From: a virus
Length of the DNA stretch: 64,000 nucleotides
Strand: one strand, 5' to 3'
IMG/VR virus record: IMGVR_UViG_3300020202_000061
Span: 250,950 to 314,949 of that record
The notes below the pieces were generated by a model. It did no database searches. It worked only from the letters and a program-made list of their open reading frames with translations, and was not told the origin of the DNA. Position 1 is the first letter of the stretch, and the number at the start of each line of letters is the position of its first letter. The translations under genes were made by a program, and so were the position numbers. Positions 27,098 to 35,948 of the stretch are shown piece by piece.

Positions 27098-27540
27098 CCA
27101 AGTTTCCGTTTCAGTTCGATGACGGCGGCCGAGCCGCCGCCGGATATAAGGGGCAGACCGGTGACTGCGTGACCCGGTCCATCGCCATCGTCACGGGCCT
27201 GCCCTATCAGGAGGTCTACGATCTGGTGAACGAGCACGCCCAGGGCGAGCGCCGTGGCCGTCGCAAGAAGGGCGTCTCCCGCGCCCGCACGGGTGTCTAC
27301 AAGCGCACCATCCACAAGGTGATGGAACGCTTGGGCTTCATCTGGAAACCCACCATGGCCATCGGGACTGGCTGCACCATGCACCTGCGCCGGGATGAGC
27401 TTCCCGCGCATTCGCGCATGATCGTCTCCGTGAGCCGTCATCTGACCGCTGTGATCGACGGCGTCATCCACGACACCCATGATCCGAGCCGTGACGGCAC
27501 TCGTTGCGTCTACGGGTACTGGTTCAAAACGGAGGCATGA
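27094..27540 (+). CDS. hypothetical protein
   Basis: GTG 27094 after RBS aggaggt; 148 aa. Confidence 0.5.
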   Translation: MTKFPFQFDDGGRAAAGYKGQTGDCVTRSIAIVTGLPYQEVYDLVNEHAQGERRGRRKKGVSRARTGVYKRTIHKVMERLGFIWKPTMAIGTGCTMHLRRDELPAHSRMIVSVSRHLTAVIDGVIHDTHDPSRDGTRCVYGYWFKTEA

Positions 27541-27719
27541 TGGATTGGGTTCACATGGTGGTGGTCGAGGACCAATGGGGTCTGGTTCAGGCCACCCGCC
27601 GAGTCTGGCGGAGTGAGTTCCTGGCCCAGGCTTATGCCGACACCTGTGCACCCTCCCGCAAACCCCGTGTGGTTCAGGCATTTGCGGATTCGGTAAAACC
27701 CGAGTTCATCCAGGATTAG
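27540..27719 (+). CDS. hypothetical small protein
   Basis: ATG 27540 overlaps upstream stop. Confidence 0.4.
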   Translation: MDWVHMVVVEDQWGLVQATRRVWRSEFLAQAYADTCAPSRKPRVVQAFADSVKPEFIQD

Positions 27720-27771
27720 CTTGAAATCCCCGTAGCCCTGCCTAGATTCCCTCTGAACCTAAGGGGGAAAT

Positions 27772-27939
27772 ATGGATATCAACGATATTGGTCGTCGCGT
27801 TCGTTCAACCGCGATAAATGACCGCTACGGGGAAGTCGTTTCGATCTCACATCGTGGCCACGTCTATAAGGTCCAATACGAGGATCAACCCACCAATTCT
27901 CCCATCGCTCAAGAAGAGCACGAATTCGAATTCGTCTAA
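27772..27939 (+). CDS. hypothetical small protein (55 aa)
   Basis: ATG 27772 with strong RBS aagggggaaat. Confidence 0.45.
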   Translation: MDINDIGRRVRSTAINDRYGEVVSISHRGHVYKVQYEDQPTNSPIAQEEHEFEFV

Positions 27940-27955
27940 ACCCAGGGAGAATCCA

Positions 27956-28903
27956 TTGTATATCGATAATCGCGTTCGCGATCCCGAGATCAGCTTTGCC
28001 TTGAACATCAACGGGGAACCCCAGACCGTCCTTACCCTGGGTGTGGACCAGGGTAAGTTCCACGTGGAAATCCCCGAAGGGGTCGAGGCCACTGAGGCGG
28101 CCAAGAATTTCCTAACCGTGCTGACGGAGATTTATCCGGCGTGGCAGACAGAGCGTCAGCCCAAGGTCAAGACCACGGACTTTCACGATCCTTGGTATGT
28201 GGGGAACGACAGTGGAATGCCTGCGAGTGCATTCTTCCTGGACGCTGAGGACACAGTGAAGGTGATTCACCAACCGGTGAAGATTAGTGACCTTCCCAGT
28301 TTGCCCAAGGGTAATGAACTGTTCTACGTGCATTATAATCCAAATACGGATACCCTCTCCAAGGTTCCCACAAAGAGCCGTGAAGTTGATTTTGCTCCAG
28401 AAGAAATCAGCGATCCGGAGCAATCCCCGATTTGGTTTAATTCAACCCTGTTTGACACCACTAATTTTCAGGCGTCGGATCGAGGGGCTCAACAAACCAA
28501 AATGCTGGAGGACGCCGTCAAGGTCTATGCTCTTCATCGTCCGGCCACACTCGAACAACAAGCCGATATCGAATATTTCACGAATATCGATATCAAGCTG
28601 GAATATGGCAACGCCATCTTCGGCAAGGAATCGGTTCGTTTACCCAGCATGGACGAAGACGGAGGCGAACTCTTCTCGGATGGTGCAAAAATTGGCACCT
28701 GGGAAAAGATAACACCGGATTTCGAGTTGGAAATTCAACCGATCACTCCGGTCGTGCGCTCGGTGGAGAAACCCGTGATGACCTCTGGCCATTACATGCG
28801 ACCGGAGAGCGCCAAGCGCCTAGATAGTATCATGAGCCGTTATGAGGCGGCCAACCCCAAGCCCGAGGTCACCATGACCTCCGGCACATACGAGAAGGAA
28901 TAA
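27956..28903 (+). CDS. hypothetical protein
   Basis: in-frame TTG 27956 after gggagaatcc within ORF 27818..28903; start uncertain. Confidence 0.5.
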   Translation: MYIDNRVRDPEISFALNINGEPQTVLTLGVDQGKFHVEIPEGVEATEAAKNFLTVLTEIYPAWQTERQPKVKTTDFHDPWYVGNDSGMPASAFFLDAEDTVKVIHQPVKISDLPSLPKGNELFYVHYNPNTDTLSKVPTKSREVDFAPEEISDPEQSPIWFNSTLFDTTNFQASDRGAQQTKMLEDAVKVYALHRPATLEQQADIEYFTNIDIKLEYGNAIFGKESVRLPSMDEDGGELFSDGAKIGTWEKITPDFELEIQPITPVVRSVEKPVMTSGHYMRPESAKRLDSIMSRYEAANPKPEVTMTSGTYEKE

Positions 28904-28909
28904 ATCCCA

Positions 28910-29599
28910 ATGTGGGCAATTGAAATCATGAAGGCCGATCAGGGCCTGGATCGTTGGATCGCTATGGTCGAGGATTCTGGTGTGGCAAACCGCGCCAACC
29001 TGTATATCTTGAAGAATCCGTTCGCGTTCGAAACCCGACTCGAAGCCATGCTGGCGAGCGCCGTGATATACGGATCGGACAATGCTATTCTGGGCGAGGA
29101 CATGCACCTGGAACTGGTCTCGCTGATTGACGAAGCCGAGTTGCCGCCGGAATTCGATGAGGACGAACTCGGCCTCAGTGACGCGGTTCTGCATGACCTC
29201 GACGAGGATACCATCAGTTATACCGAGTGGTGCCAGGAACACGGCATCACCATGGCCCAGGGCCGCACGCCGGTCACGACCAACCTGACCCCGATTGTGG
29301 AACTCGCGAAGTCCACCGCTGAGGTCCTGGAAGGAATCGCGAATACCCTGGAATCAATGCGCCTGACCGTGGCCGAGATGAAAGCGAACGAACTCAAGAA
29401 ATTGTTCGTCACAGATACCGGTTCAATGACTCCGGAGCGTGCACGTGATGTTGTGAGTGTGTTCGCGGCCGAAGGACTGACTGTCACGGATACCAAGAAG
29501 GCTCAGGAGTTCCTGAATCAGGCTCGATCCAACGGAGGTTTTCTGGACCCGGTCGAGTCGCCCTCCGACACTCCATTCATGTCGAGCGGAACCTATTAG
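28910..29599 (+). CDS. hypothetical acidic protein
   Basis: ORF 229 aa. Confidence 0.55.
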   Translation: MWAIEIMKADQGLDRWIAMVEDSGVANRANLYILKNPFAFETRLEAMLASAVIYGSDNAILGEDMHLELVSLIDEAELPPEFDEDELGLSDAVLHDLDEDTISYTEWCQEHGITMAQGRTPVTTNLTPIVELAKSTAEVLEGIANTLESMRLTVAEMKANELKKLFVTDTGSMTPERARDVVSVFAAEGLTVTDTKKAQEFLNQARSNGGFLDPVESPSDTPFMSSGTY

Positions 29600-29610
29600 T
29601 CGGAAACTTC

Positions 29611-29639
29611 TTGACACCCGAGGGGTATTCACCTAAATA
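29611..29639 (+). promoter_or_regulatory. sigma70-like promoter driving the tRNA-Ser cluster
   Basis: TTGACA 29611-29616; spacer cccgaggggtattcacc; TAAATA. Confidence 0.65.
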
Positions 29640-29649
29640 CCCCTCACTC

Positions 29650-29737
29650 GGAGAGTAAACCCCTGAGGTTGGGGTGCCGCCTGGAAAGCGGTCAGGACCT
29701 GAAAGGGTCTACGGTTCGAGTCCGTTGCTCTCCTCCA
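29650..29737 (+). tRNA. tRNA-Ser (GGA), class II
   Basis: acceptor ggagagt/gctctcc; anticodon stem gccgc/gcggt with loop ctGGAaa; long variable arm; T-arm acggttcgagtccgt; CCA. Confidence 0.8.
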
Positions 29738-29745
29738 AGCCTTTT

Positions 29746-29836
29746 GGAAGATTGGCAGAGTCTGGTAATGCGCCCGCCTCGAAAGCGGTGGCCTACCTCA
29801 TGGGTAGCGGGGGTTCAACTCCCTCATCTTCCGCCA
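29746..29836 (+). tRNA. tRNA-Ser (CGA), class II
   Basis: acceptor ggaagat/atcttcc; D-arm tggcagagtctggtaatgc; anticodon loop ctCGAaa; long variable arm (ctacc/gggtag stem); T-arm gggggttcaactccc; CCA. Confidence 0.8.
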
Positions 29837-29930
29837 GCATGGCCGTTCCTGGAACCCTTGAAGTTCCGATTGGTGGCCGTCAAACCGCTCGGGAGCGGGC
29901 TGAATCTGAAAAGGACCAGCGAACACCCAT

Positions 29931-30022
29931 GGAGGGTTGACAGAAAGGCTATTGTGCCGGTCTTGAAAACCGTGGCTGACCTCAGAAGGGTCATGGGAGT
30001 TCGAATCTCTCACCCTCCGCCA
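29931..30022 (+). tRNA. tRNA-Ser (TGA), class II
   Basis: acceptor ggagggt/accctcc; anticodon loop ctTGAaa; long variable arm; T-arm gggagttcgaatctctc; CCA. Confidence 0.8.
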
Positions 30023-30023
30023 A

Positions 30024-30428
30024 ATGGATCAATTCTCTATCGGCTGGCTCGCTGGAATTATTGACGGTGAAGGCACTGTCACAATTGACAAAGAATCCAA
30101 TCGTTATCGCCGACCAGTCATAAGCGTATCATCTACAGACATCGAGATTTTGAACCGTATTCAGGGAATGATCGGTGGCAGTATAACTGTGAAAAATCGT
30201 GAACGAGCGCCACATCACAAACTAGCATATATGTGGAAGATGCATGGTTCTCAAAAAGTGATTGAGGTTTTGAAAATCATTGCTCCGCATATGAGTTGTC
30301 CGAAGAAAAAGAATCGAGCAAATTTCATCCTTGAGAATTACCGAACGCTAACACCTCGTAATGGAAAATATACCGAACAAATGAGAATAGATCGTCTCCA
30401 ATTTGAAGAACAGTTTTTTCATGTCTGA
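30024..30428 (+). CDS. LAGLIDADG homing endonuclease (single-motif)
   Basis: LAGIIDGEG motif at residues 9-17; ATG only 1 nt after the CCA of tRNA-Ser(TGA); AT-rich codon usage unlike its flanks. Confidence 0.8.
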   Translation: MDQFSIGWLAGIIDGEGTVTIDKESNRYRRPVISVSSTDIEILNRIQGMIGGSITVKNRERAPHHKLAYMWKMHGSQKVIEVLKIIAPHMSCPKKKNRANFILENYRTLTPRNGKYTEQMRIDRLQFEEQFFHV

Positions 30429-30789
30429 GTTAGGAGATCAGATAATTGCTGGCATCATTAGTGGTGTGATTACCGTTATTATATTAGGTCTTTCGAATTA
30501 TCTATTTGCCACGAAGATTCATATCTACGATTGGTTATATCCATTCCCACTCGAATTCCAATTACTACAATCAATGACGTGGGATAAAATGACTCTTCCG
30601 GCCGGGCAAATCATTCGCCTTCGTCTTACTGCATGGGAATTACGCTCGATACCTCCTGATGAATGGATTGACTTTTTACTATGGGACCCATATCTAAACC
30701 AATACAACCATCATCCTGATCTACGACATCCGGCAACATATTTCAAAACGGGATCGTTGATGAAAAGGATTGATTGGAGATTTTGTTAA
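30403..30789 (+). CDS. hypothetical membrane-anchored protein
   Basis: ORF 128 aa; TM IIAGIISGVITVIILGLSNYLF; AT-rich. Confidence 0.45.
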   Translation: MKNSFFMSELGDQIIAGIISGVITVIILGLSNYLFATKIHIYDWLYPFPLEFQLLQSMTWDKMTLPAGQIIRLRLTAWELRSIPPDEWIDFLLWDPYLNQYNHHPDLRHPATYFKTGSLMKRIDWRFC

Positions 30790-30890
30790 TGCCAATCATC
30801 GTTGAAACTATAATCATCGGAATCATCGTGTTTGTGATCGGTTCGCTCATTCTGAGTGGAATCCAAGCCCTGTTCAAGAAAAAGCAATGA
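30789..30890 (+). CDS. small membrane peptide (33 aa)
   Basis: TAATG-coupled ATG 30789; MPIIVETIIIGIIVFVIGSLILSG. Confidence 0.3.
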   Translation: MPIIVETIIIGIIVFVIGSLILSGIQALFKKKQ

Positions 30891-31060
30891 CCTCGGTGAT
30901 CCTCTTCCTGGGTCTGATCGGGATCATTTACTCGGCCGCGACTCTCATCGACCAACCCTATCGCACGTGGTGGGGGAATCTCGTTCTGTTTGGTGTGCTC
31001 ATGGGATCGCTCTGTGCGATTATCTACGGGATTTCTGGTTCGCAAAATATTCCGCATTGA
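30887..31060 (+). CDS. small membrane protein (57 aa)
   Basis: ATGA-coupled ATG 30887; two hydrophobic segments. Confidence 0.3.
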   Translation: MTSVILFLGLIGIIYSAATLIDQPYRTWWGNLVLFGVLMGSLCAIIYGISGSQNIPH

Positions 31061-31063
31061 TCA

Positions 31064-31092
31064 TTGACACCGGGTAACCCTGGGATTACATT
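31064..31092 (+). promoter_or_regulatory. sigma70-like promoter with GGGTAACCC dyad spacer
   Basis: TTGACA 31064-31069; spacer ccgggtaaccctgggat; TACATT. Confidence 0.5.
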
Positions 31093-31124
31093 TGAGACCG
31101 TAGTGTAATCCGTGGGGGAATCTA

Positions 31125-32900
31125 ATGGGTGGTTTGCTATTTCTGGCATTTGGGCTCGTTGCCCTTCTTTTGATCGGAGCATTCGCTCCGAATTTCATTC
31201 ACAAAATCCTTACCAGCAAAGAATCGGAGCCGAGCAAGCTCCTGGTTCAGGCTCCGCGTGTCATCGCGTGGGGTGTGATGGTGGTGTGGGTTCTCAGTCT
31301 CTCGTTCGTGCACGTACCGATTGGTCAAGTCGGTATGTTGAACCTGATCTGGGGTGCCGAGCGTGAGCAGGGCGCGATCCTCGCTCGTAGTGGAAGTCAG
31401 CGTGGTCCGCAGACCGATCTTCTCGGACCCGGAACCAAATTCATCCCGTTCGTGCACGTGCTGTATGACGTGGAGACGGCCGATCAGTTCGTGGTGCCGG
31501 ATGGCTTCTACGGCCTATTGACGGCCAAGGATGGCGCTCCGATGCCAGCGGGTCAGTATGTGGCTCCGGCCTGGAAGGAAGGCACAGAGAGCGAAATGCT
31601 CGACGCCGCCACGTTCCTCACCAAGGGCGGGATCAAGGGTCCGCAACTCTACGTGCTGACGCCGGGTATCTACCCGCTGAACACCTACCTGTGGGACGCT
31701 CGCACCGAGGCTGCTTCCGATACCAATTCCGGAACAAGGGCCACAATCATCCCGGCTGGTTCCGTGGGTGTGGTGAAGTCGAACGTGACCGATCCCGGTA
31801 TCGTCTGCAAGCAGGTCGAGGAAAAGGTGGACACAACCGTGGCCCACGATTCGAACGCGCTCTCCGCGCTACTCGTTCCGAAGGGTTGCACCGGTATCTG
31901 GAATGAAGTGCTGACGCCGGGTGCGTATTACCTGAACCGTCTCGCCTATCAGGTGACCATCGTCGATACGCGTGTTCAAACTCTCCAGTACGCTGGTGGT
32001 TACGACTCGCGCAAGATCGAACTGAATGTCGGCCTGGACGGCAAGATCGAGCAAGCCGAGTCCGCGTCCAAGATCAGCACGCCCGAAGGTGCAGCGGATT
32101 CCGCGATCAACGTGAAGGTTGGTTCCTGGGTGGTTCATCAGGACCTCAGGATGGTGATCCAGGTCAGTCCGGAAAACGCCCCCATCGTGGTGGGTGCGGT
32201 CGGTGGACTCAAGCAGATCGAGGATTCCATCGTGACCCCGGCGGTGCAGTCGGTCGTGCGTGACGTGATGGGCGGCCTGCTGTTGTTCCCGAGCGAAACC
32301 GTCGCACGTCAGGTTGAGATCAACGATCTGATCGTGAACCGCGAATTCATCCAGAGCGTGATCGAGGATCGTATCCGCGCCGAGGGGGCCAAGGCGGGTT
32401 TGTCCGTGCGTGAGGTTCGTCTGGCCAATCCGGACATTCCGCCCGAAATGCTTCTCGGCAACAAGCGTGAGCAGCTTGCCCAGCAGATGAAGCAGGCGTT
32501 CGAGCAGGAAGAAGTTACGCAGACCCAGCGTATCAAGGTGGAGCAGGCCAAGGCCACTGCCGATCAGCAGGAATCCCTGGTGACCGCGCAGATCGGCGTG
32601 GAAGTCTCCAAGCTGACCATCAACAAGCGCACCAACGAGGGTCAGGCCGAACAGGCTTACCTGGAAGCGCTCGCTGCGGGTCAGAAGGCCCAGGCTTTGG
32701 TCCTGGGCGAAGAGAACGTGCTGATCCTGAATATGGTCGATAAGGTCCTGGCTAGTCTCGGAAAGAACCCGGAAATCCTGGGCTCGATCAAGCTGCCCTC
32801 GACCATGGTCATGGGAGGCGGTTCGTTTGAGGGGGTGGCGGCAATCGTGAAGGACGCGCTCGGGGGAGCGCCTCGTTCCGAAGCGAAGCTGCCACAGTAA
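31125..32900 (+). CDS. SPFH (band 7) / flotillin-like membrane protein
   Basis: N-terminal TM; SPFH-like core; C-terminal coiled coil with flotillin-like EA-rich repeats (QAKATADQQESLVTAQIGVEVSKL…QAEQAYLEALAAGQKAQALVLG). Confidence 0.6.
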   Translation: MGGLLFLAFGLVALLLIGAFAPNFIHKILTSKESEPSKLLVQAPRVIAWGVMVVWVLSLSFVHVPIGQVGMLNLIWGAEREQGAILARSGSQRGPQTDLLGPGTKFIPFVHVLYDVETADQFVVPDGFYGLLTAKDGAPMPAGQYVAPAWKEGTESEMLDAATFLTKGGIKGPQLYVLTPGIYPLNTYLWDARTEAASDTNSGTRATIIPAGSVGVVKSNVTDPGIVCKQVEEKVDTTVAHDSNALSALLVPKGCTGIWNEVLTPGAYYLNRLAYQVTIVDTRVQTLQYAGGYDSRKIELNVGLDGKIEQAESASKISTPEGAADSAINVKVGSWVVHQDLRMVIQVSPENAPIVVGAVGGLKQIEDSIVTPAVQSVVRDVMGGLLLFPSETVARQVEINDLIVNREFIQSVIEDRIRAEGAKAGLSVREVRLANPDIPPEMLLGNKREQLAQQMKQAFEQEEVTQTQRIKVEQAKATADQQESLVTAQIGVEVSKLTINKRTNEGQAEQAYLEALAAGQKAQALVLGEENVLILNMVDKVLASLGKNPEILGSIKLPSTMVMGGGSFEGVAAIVKDALGGAPRSEAKLPQ

Positions 32901-32955
32901 GGGGGAGAGCCAGGGCGGACTGGGGGAGTCCGCTCTGGTTCCTTTAGAGGGAAAC

Positions 32956-33210
32956 ATGTTGAAATCCAGCCGTATTCGAATCTCATACGAGACCACCAAG
33001 GGCTATTCCGGTCGTTGGTCGCTGGATTCCAAGAATATTCGTGCAGACATTTCCGAGCCCGGTGTTGAGGCCGCACTCCAGGCTCTGGTCGAAATCACCA
33101 GGATTTTGTCCGTCGCAGGTCGAGGCACAGAGGCCGTGTCCAAGGTTAATCAAACCCATATCGAAACCAGCAACATCATTGCTTCCTATCGAAAGGCAAC
33201 ATCATCATGA
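32956..33210 (+). CDS. hypothetical protein
   Basis: ORF 84 aa. Confidence 0.4.
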   Translation: MLKSSRIRISYETTKGYSGRWSLDSKNIRADISEPGVEAALQALVEITRILSVAGRGTEAVSKVNQTHIETSNIIASYRKATSS

Positions 33211-33440
33211 TCATGACCATTCTGGTTTGCGCTGCTGGCCTTGTGGCGGCCGATTGCCAATCGAACACTGCCAAGCGGATGTTTCCCGGCGTCGAAGTGA
33301 AAAATGAGTTAGAGTGCATGTTCGCCGGAATCCAGTATGCGGCGAGCCTCCCGGCCGTGCAGGAACTCGTCAAGGATCGAGAATACTACGTGAAGGTTCA
33401 GTGCACAGAAACAACCATAGGCATCGAAAATCATGGATGA
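33207..33440 (+). CDS. putative lipoprotein
   Basis: signal peptide with lipobox-like LVAADC. Confidence 0.45.
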   Translation: MIMTILVCAAGLVAADCQSNTAKRMFPGVEVKNELECMFAGIQYAASLPAVQELVKDREYYVKVQCTETTIGIENHG

Positions 33441-33621
33441 CGCATTCGGTCCACTGTTCCTACTCGGGATGATATTCACCCTAGGCGGGGCCACCCTCGG
33501 GAAGGTCGTGCTCGGATTTTCGTGGTGGGGTGGATTTGGTATTCTGGTGGCACTCTTGGTGTTCATCGGAATGATCATCGTATTCTTGTACACCACCGCG
33601 AATAAGTCCGAAACCGATTGA
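33433..33621 (+). CDS. small membrane protein
   Basis: ORF 62 aa, two TM helices. Confidence 0.45.
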   Translation: MDDAFGPLFLLGMIFTLGGATLGKVVLGFSWWGGFGILVALLVFIGMIIVFLYTTANKSETD

Positions 33622-34403
33622 TGTTCTACGTGATCCAGAGGAATCTTCTGAATGAGGCGGACTTTGCCCGTCTGGTCGAGGCGGTAACCCGCTATGATCT
33701 GGATCATTGTTTTGTCGATATCATCCCGTTCACGAGCAGCCTCCAGGAGGAGATCGAACCGAAGCAGCCCTGCATGATCTTCGGTTCGACTACGTTGGCC
33801 AGGATCGCATCCGAGCGCGATTGGACTCCGGGATCATTCCTGAATGAGAATCATGACGCACGTGTTTGGATTCCCGCTTATGGACCACATGCGTTGAACG
33901 CGGATGCGATCTTCTGCACATTCGGTGATGTCCCGGAACAATGGGACCCCTTCTTCATCCGTCCCTGCTTGGACTCGAAGAGCTTTACCGGAGAAGTATT
34001 GGACCGTAAGGAATTCGCGGAATGGCAGGACAAGGTTTTGCGTAGTGGAGCGACCATCGACGGGAATACCCCGGTAATGATCGCTGAGCCCACTCAGATC
34101 AATGCGGAGTACCGTTTCTTCATCGTAGATGGTCAGGTCATTACCGGGTCCATCTACAAGCTCGACGGCCGAGCCATGACGCTACCCTGGAACCGCAACA
34201 CCACTGTTCCGCTCGACACGGATGTCACAGAGTTTGCGAGGGAGCGAGCCGCCCAATGGAGTCCAGCCCGTGGATATGTGCTGGACATCGCACGTACGCC
34301 CATGGGGTTGAAGGTGATCGAGATCAACAACCTGAACAGTGCGGGATTCTACAAGTCAGATATCAGTCTGATCCTGCAAGCCATCGAGGTCATGGAATGG
34401 TGA
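33618..34403 (+). CDS. ATP-grasp fold protein
   Basis: EYRFFIVDGQVI…YVLDIARTPMGLKVIEINNLNSAGFY pattern typical of the ATP-grasp C-terminal domain. Confidence 0.6.
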   Translation: MMFYVIQRNLLNEADFARLVEAVTRYDLDHCFVDIIPFTSSLQEEIEPKQPCMIFGSTTLARIASERDWTPGSFLNENHDARVWIPAYGPHALNADAIFCTFGDVPEQWDPFFIRPCLDSKSFTGEVLDRKEFAEWQDKVLRSGATIDGNTPVMIAEPTQINAEYRFFIVDGQVITGSIYKLDGRAMTLPWNRNTTVPLDTDVTEFARERAAQWSPARGYVLDIARTPMGLKVIEINNLNSAGFYKSDISLILQAIEVMEW

Positions 34404-34993
34404 AGAAGATTGATCGATCCTGGACGTTCAACGGACGTTATCACGATGAGACCTACCATATCACCGTGAAGAAACTTCCGGAAGAACTCGATCAGAAGCA
34501 CCTGAAAGGGTTGCTCACGCTCTATGTGCATCGTCTGCGTGAGTTCTATGGAGACGGTACCTATCCGGTGAGTTCGAAAATTGGCTATGGTTTGCGAGAC
34601 CTCGGTCTGGTCGAGCAGGCCGGGAATGCATGGAATTCGTATCTGGTCTGGTCCCCACAGGTTAAGAGGTTCATGGAGGCACGTCAGCGGAAGTGCACGC
34701 ATGAATGGAGGCGTTGTCACATTCCGAGTGTCTACCTCAGGGAAATATACTGCAAACACTGCGGGAAGAACTTGCCCGAGAACAAGCGGACCATCAACCC
34801 GTATGAGGTTCGCGACCTCCTGGGCGAGCACTACAATCACACCTTCAAGAGAGCAGTGGATGTGCTCTGGAACGATCCACTGCCGTTGCGTGAGCGCAAG
34901 GCCAAGCTTCAAGAGTGGGCCACTCAGGTAAAGCAGAAGAACGAATCCTACAAGCACAGCAAGCACGAATCTCGTGCCGAATACGGAGCCTGA
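34397..34993 (+). CDS. hypothetical protein with Cys/His-rich zinc-ribbon-like segment
   Basis: ATG 34397 overlapping upstream stop; CTHEWRRCH…CKHCGKN. Confidence 0.5.
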   Translation: MVKKIDRSWTFNGRYHDETYHITVKKLPEELDQKHLKGLLTLYVHRLREFYGDGTYPVSSKIGYGLRDLGLVEQAGNAWNSYLVWSPQVKRFMEARQRKCTHEWRRCHIPSVYLREIYCKHCGKNLPENKRTINPYEVRDLLGEHYNHTFKRAVDVLWNDPLPLRERKAKLQEWATQVKQKNESYKHSKHESRAEYGA

Positions 34994-34995
34994 TC

Positions 34996-35319
34996 ATGGA
35001 CAACAGAATGACCTGGGAAGAGATAGGCGAAATCTTCGGGGGTAAGCTCATCCCGATGGATGTGGCCAAACTCATCTACGAGGATAAGCACGATCTCACA
35101 TCAGAGCAACTCCGCGATAAGCTCAAGGGGATCGCTGCGACTCGTGAACACTTCCAGAGCTACACGGACTGGGACTATCTGACCTCATTGGCCGAGAGCA
35201 TCGGCAAGAACCGGGCGGGGGAGTTCAACAAGTACGACACGGGTCGTCTCCTGGAGATCGCGCGTCGAATCAATCCTCAGCACTTTGTCGTGCCCAAGAA
35301 AGAAGGGATGCGCTGCTAG
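34996..35319 (+). CDS. hypothetical protein
   Basis: ATG 34996; 107 aa. Confidence 0.5.
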   Translation: MDNRMTWEEIGEIFGGKLIPMDVAKLIYEDKHDLTSEQLRDKLKGIAATREHFQSYTDWDYLTSLAESIGKNRAGEFNKYDTGRLLEIARRINPQHFVVPKKEGMRC

Positions 35320-35714
35320 ACCACCCAGGTCTGGCTGGGGGTGTGGAAGTCGCGCTTGCGGATGACCGTCTTGGCGATGATCTTCAAACGGCGGTCACGG
35401 CGATCCACATCCAGGACGAATGGCACATTCAGGTCGTTCCGGGTGTCCTTGAACACGCCCTGAGCGCCCGGCTCCAATAGAGCGATCTGACGCCCGTGCT
35501 GGGCGATCTCCTGCTGGAATAGATGGATGATCTCCTGAACGCCTATAGGAGCCTTGTTGCGGGCGTCCCCAAGGCGTTCCTTCCAATGCCGGGACATAAC
35601 CAGCCCCAAGCCCACAGCCTGCCACAGGCGATCCAGATAGCGCTCCAACTGAGTCAGCCCGGACGCACCGAGGTTGCTCATTGGATTATCTTCGAGGAGA
35701 GCCAGCAATCGCAT
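35316..35714 (-). CDS. hypothetical protein
   Basis: ORF 132 aa, convergent with the upstream + strand genes. Confidence 0.5.
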   Translation of the reverse strand: MRLLALLEDNPMSNLGASGLTQLERYLDRLWQAVGLGLVMSRHWKERLGDARNKAPIGVQEIIHLFQQEIAQHGRQIALLEPGAQGVFKDTRNDLNVPFVLDVDRRDRRLKIIAKTVIRKRDFHTPSQTWVV

Positions 35715-35948
35715 GGAAATATTTAGGCCCCCTGAAGAGGAGGGCTTCAGGGGGCCTTATGGCCGTCAGCGGAAAGCTTCAGGCAGGTTCTGGGTTCTTC
35801 CTGACCGACCACCATCAACCCAGAAGGTTGGCCCGGACATCGCACACGGCCAGGAGGGCAAACTCACAGCGCGGCGATAGGATACTTATAGCAAATTCCG
35901 AGATGGTCGTCAAGACAATAATATCCTTAAATATCGGGGAGGTGAATT

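Larger units (their letters stand above)
30024..31060 (+). mobile_element. AT-rich island carrying the LAGLIDADG endonuclease and three small membrane proteins
   Basis: marked AT enrichment relative to neighbours; sits between a tRNA cluster and a canonical promoter at 31064. Confidence 0.45.

Noticed and set aside
31869-32999. 376-aa minus-strand ORF antisense to the SPFH/flotillin-like gene
   Set aside because: Shadow ORF; the + strand frame has domain architecture and a promoter.
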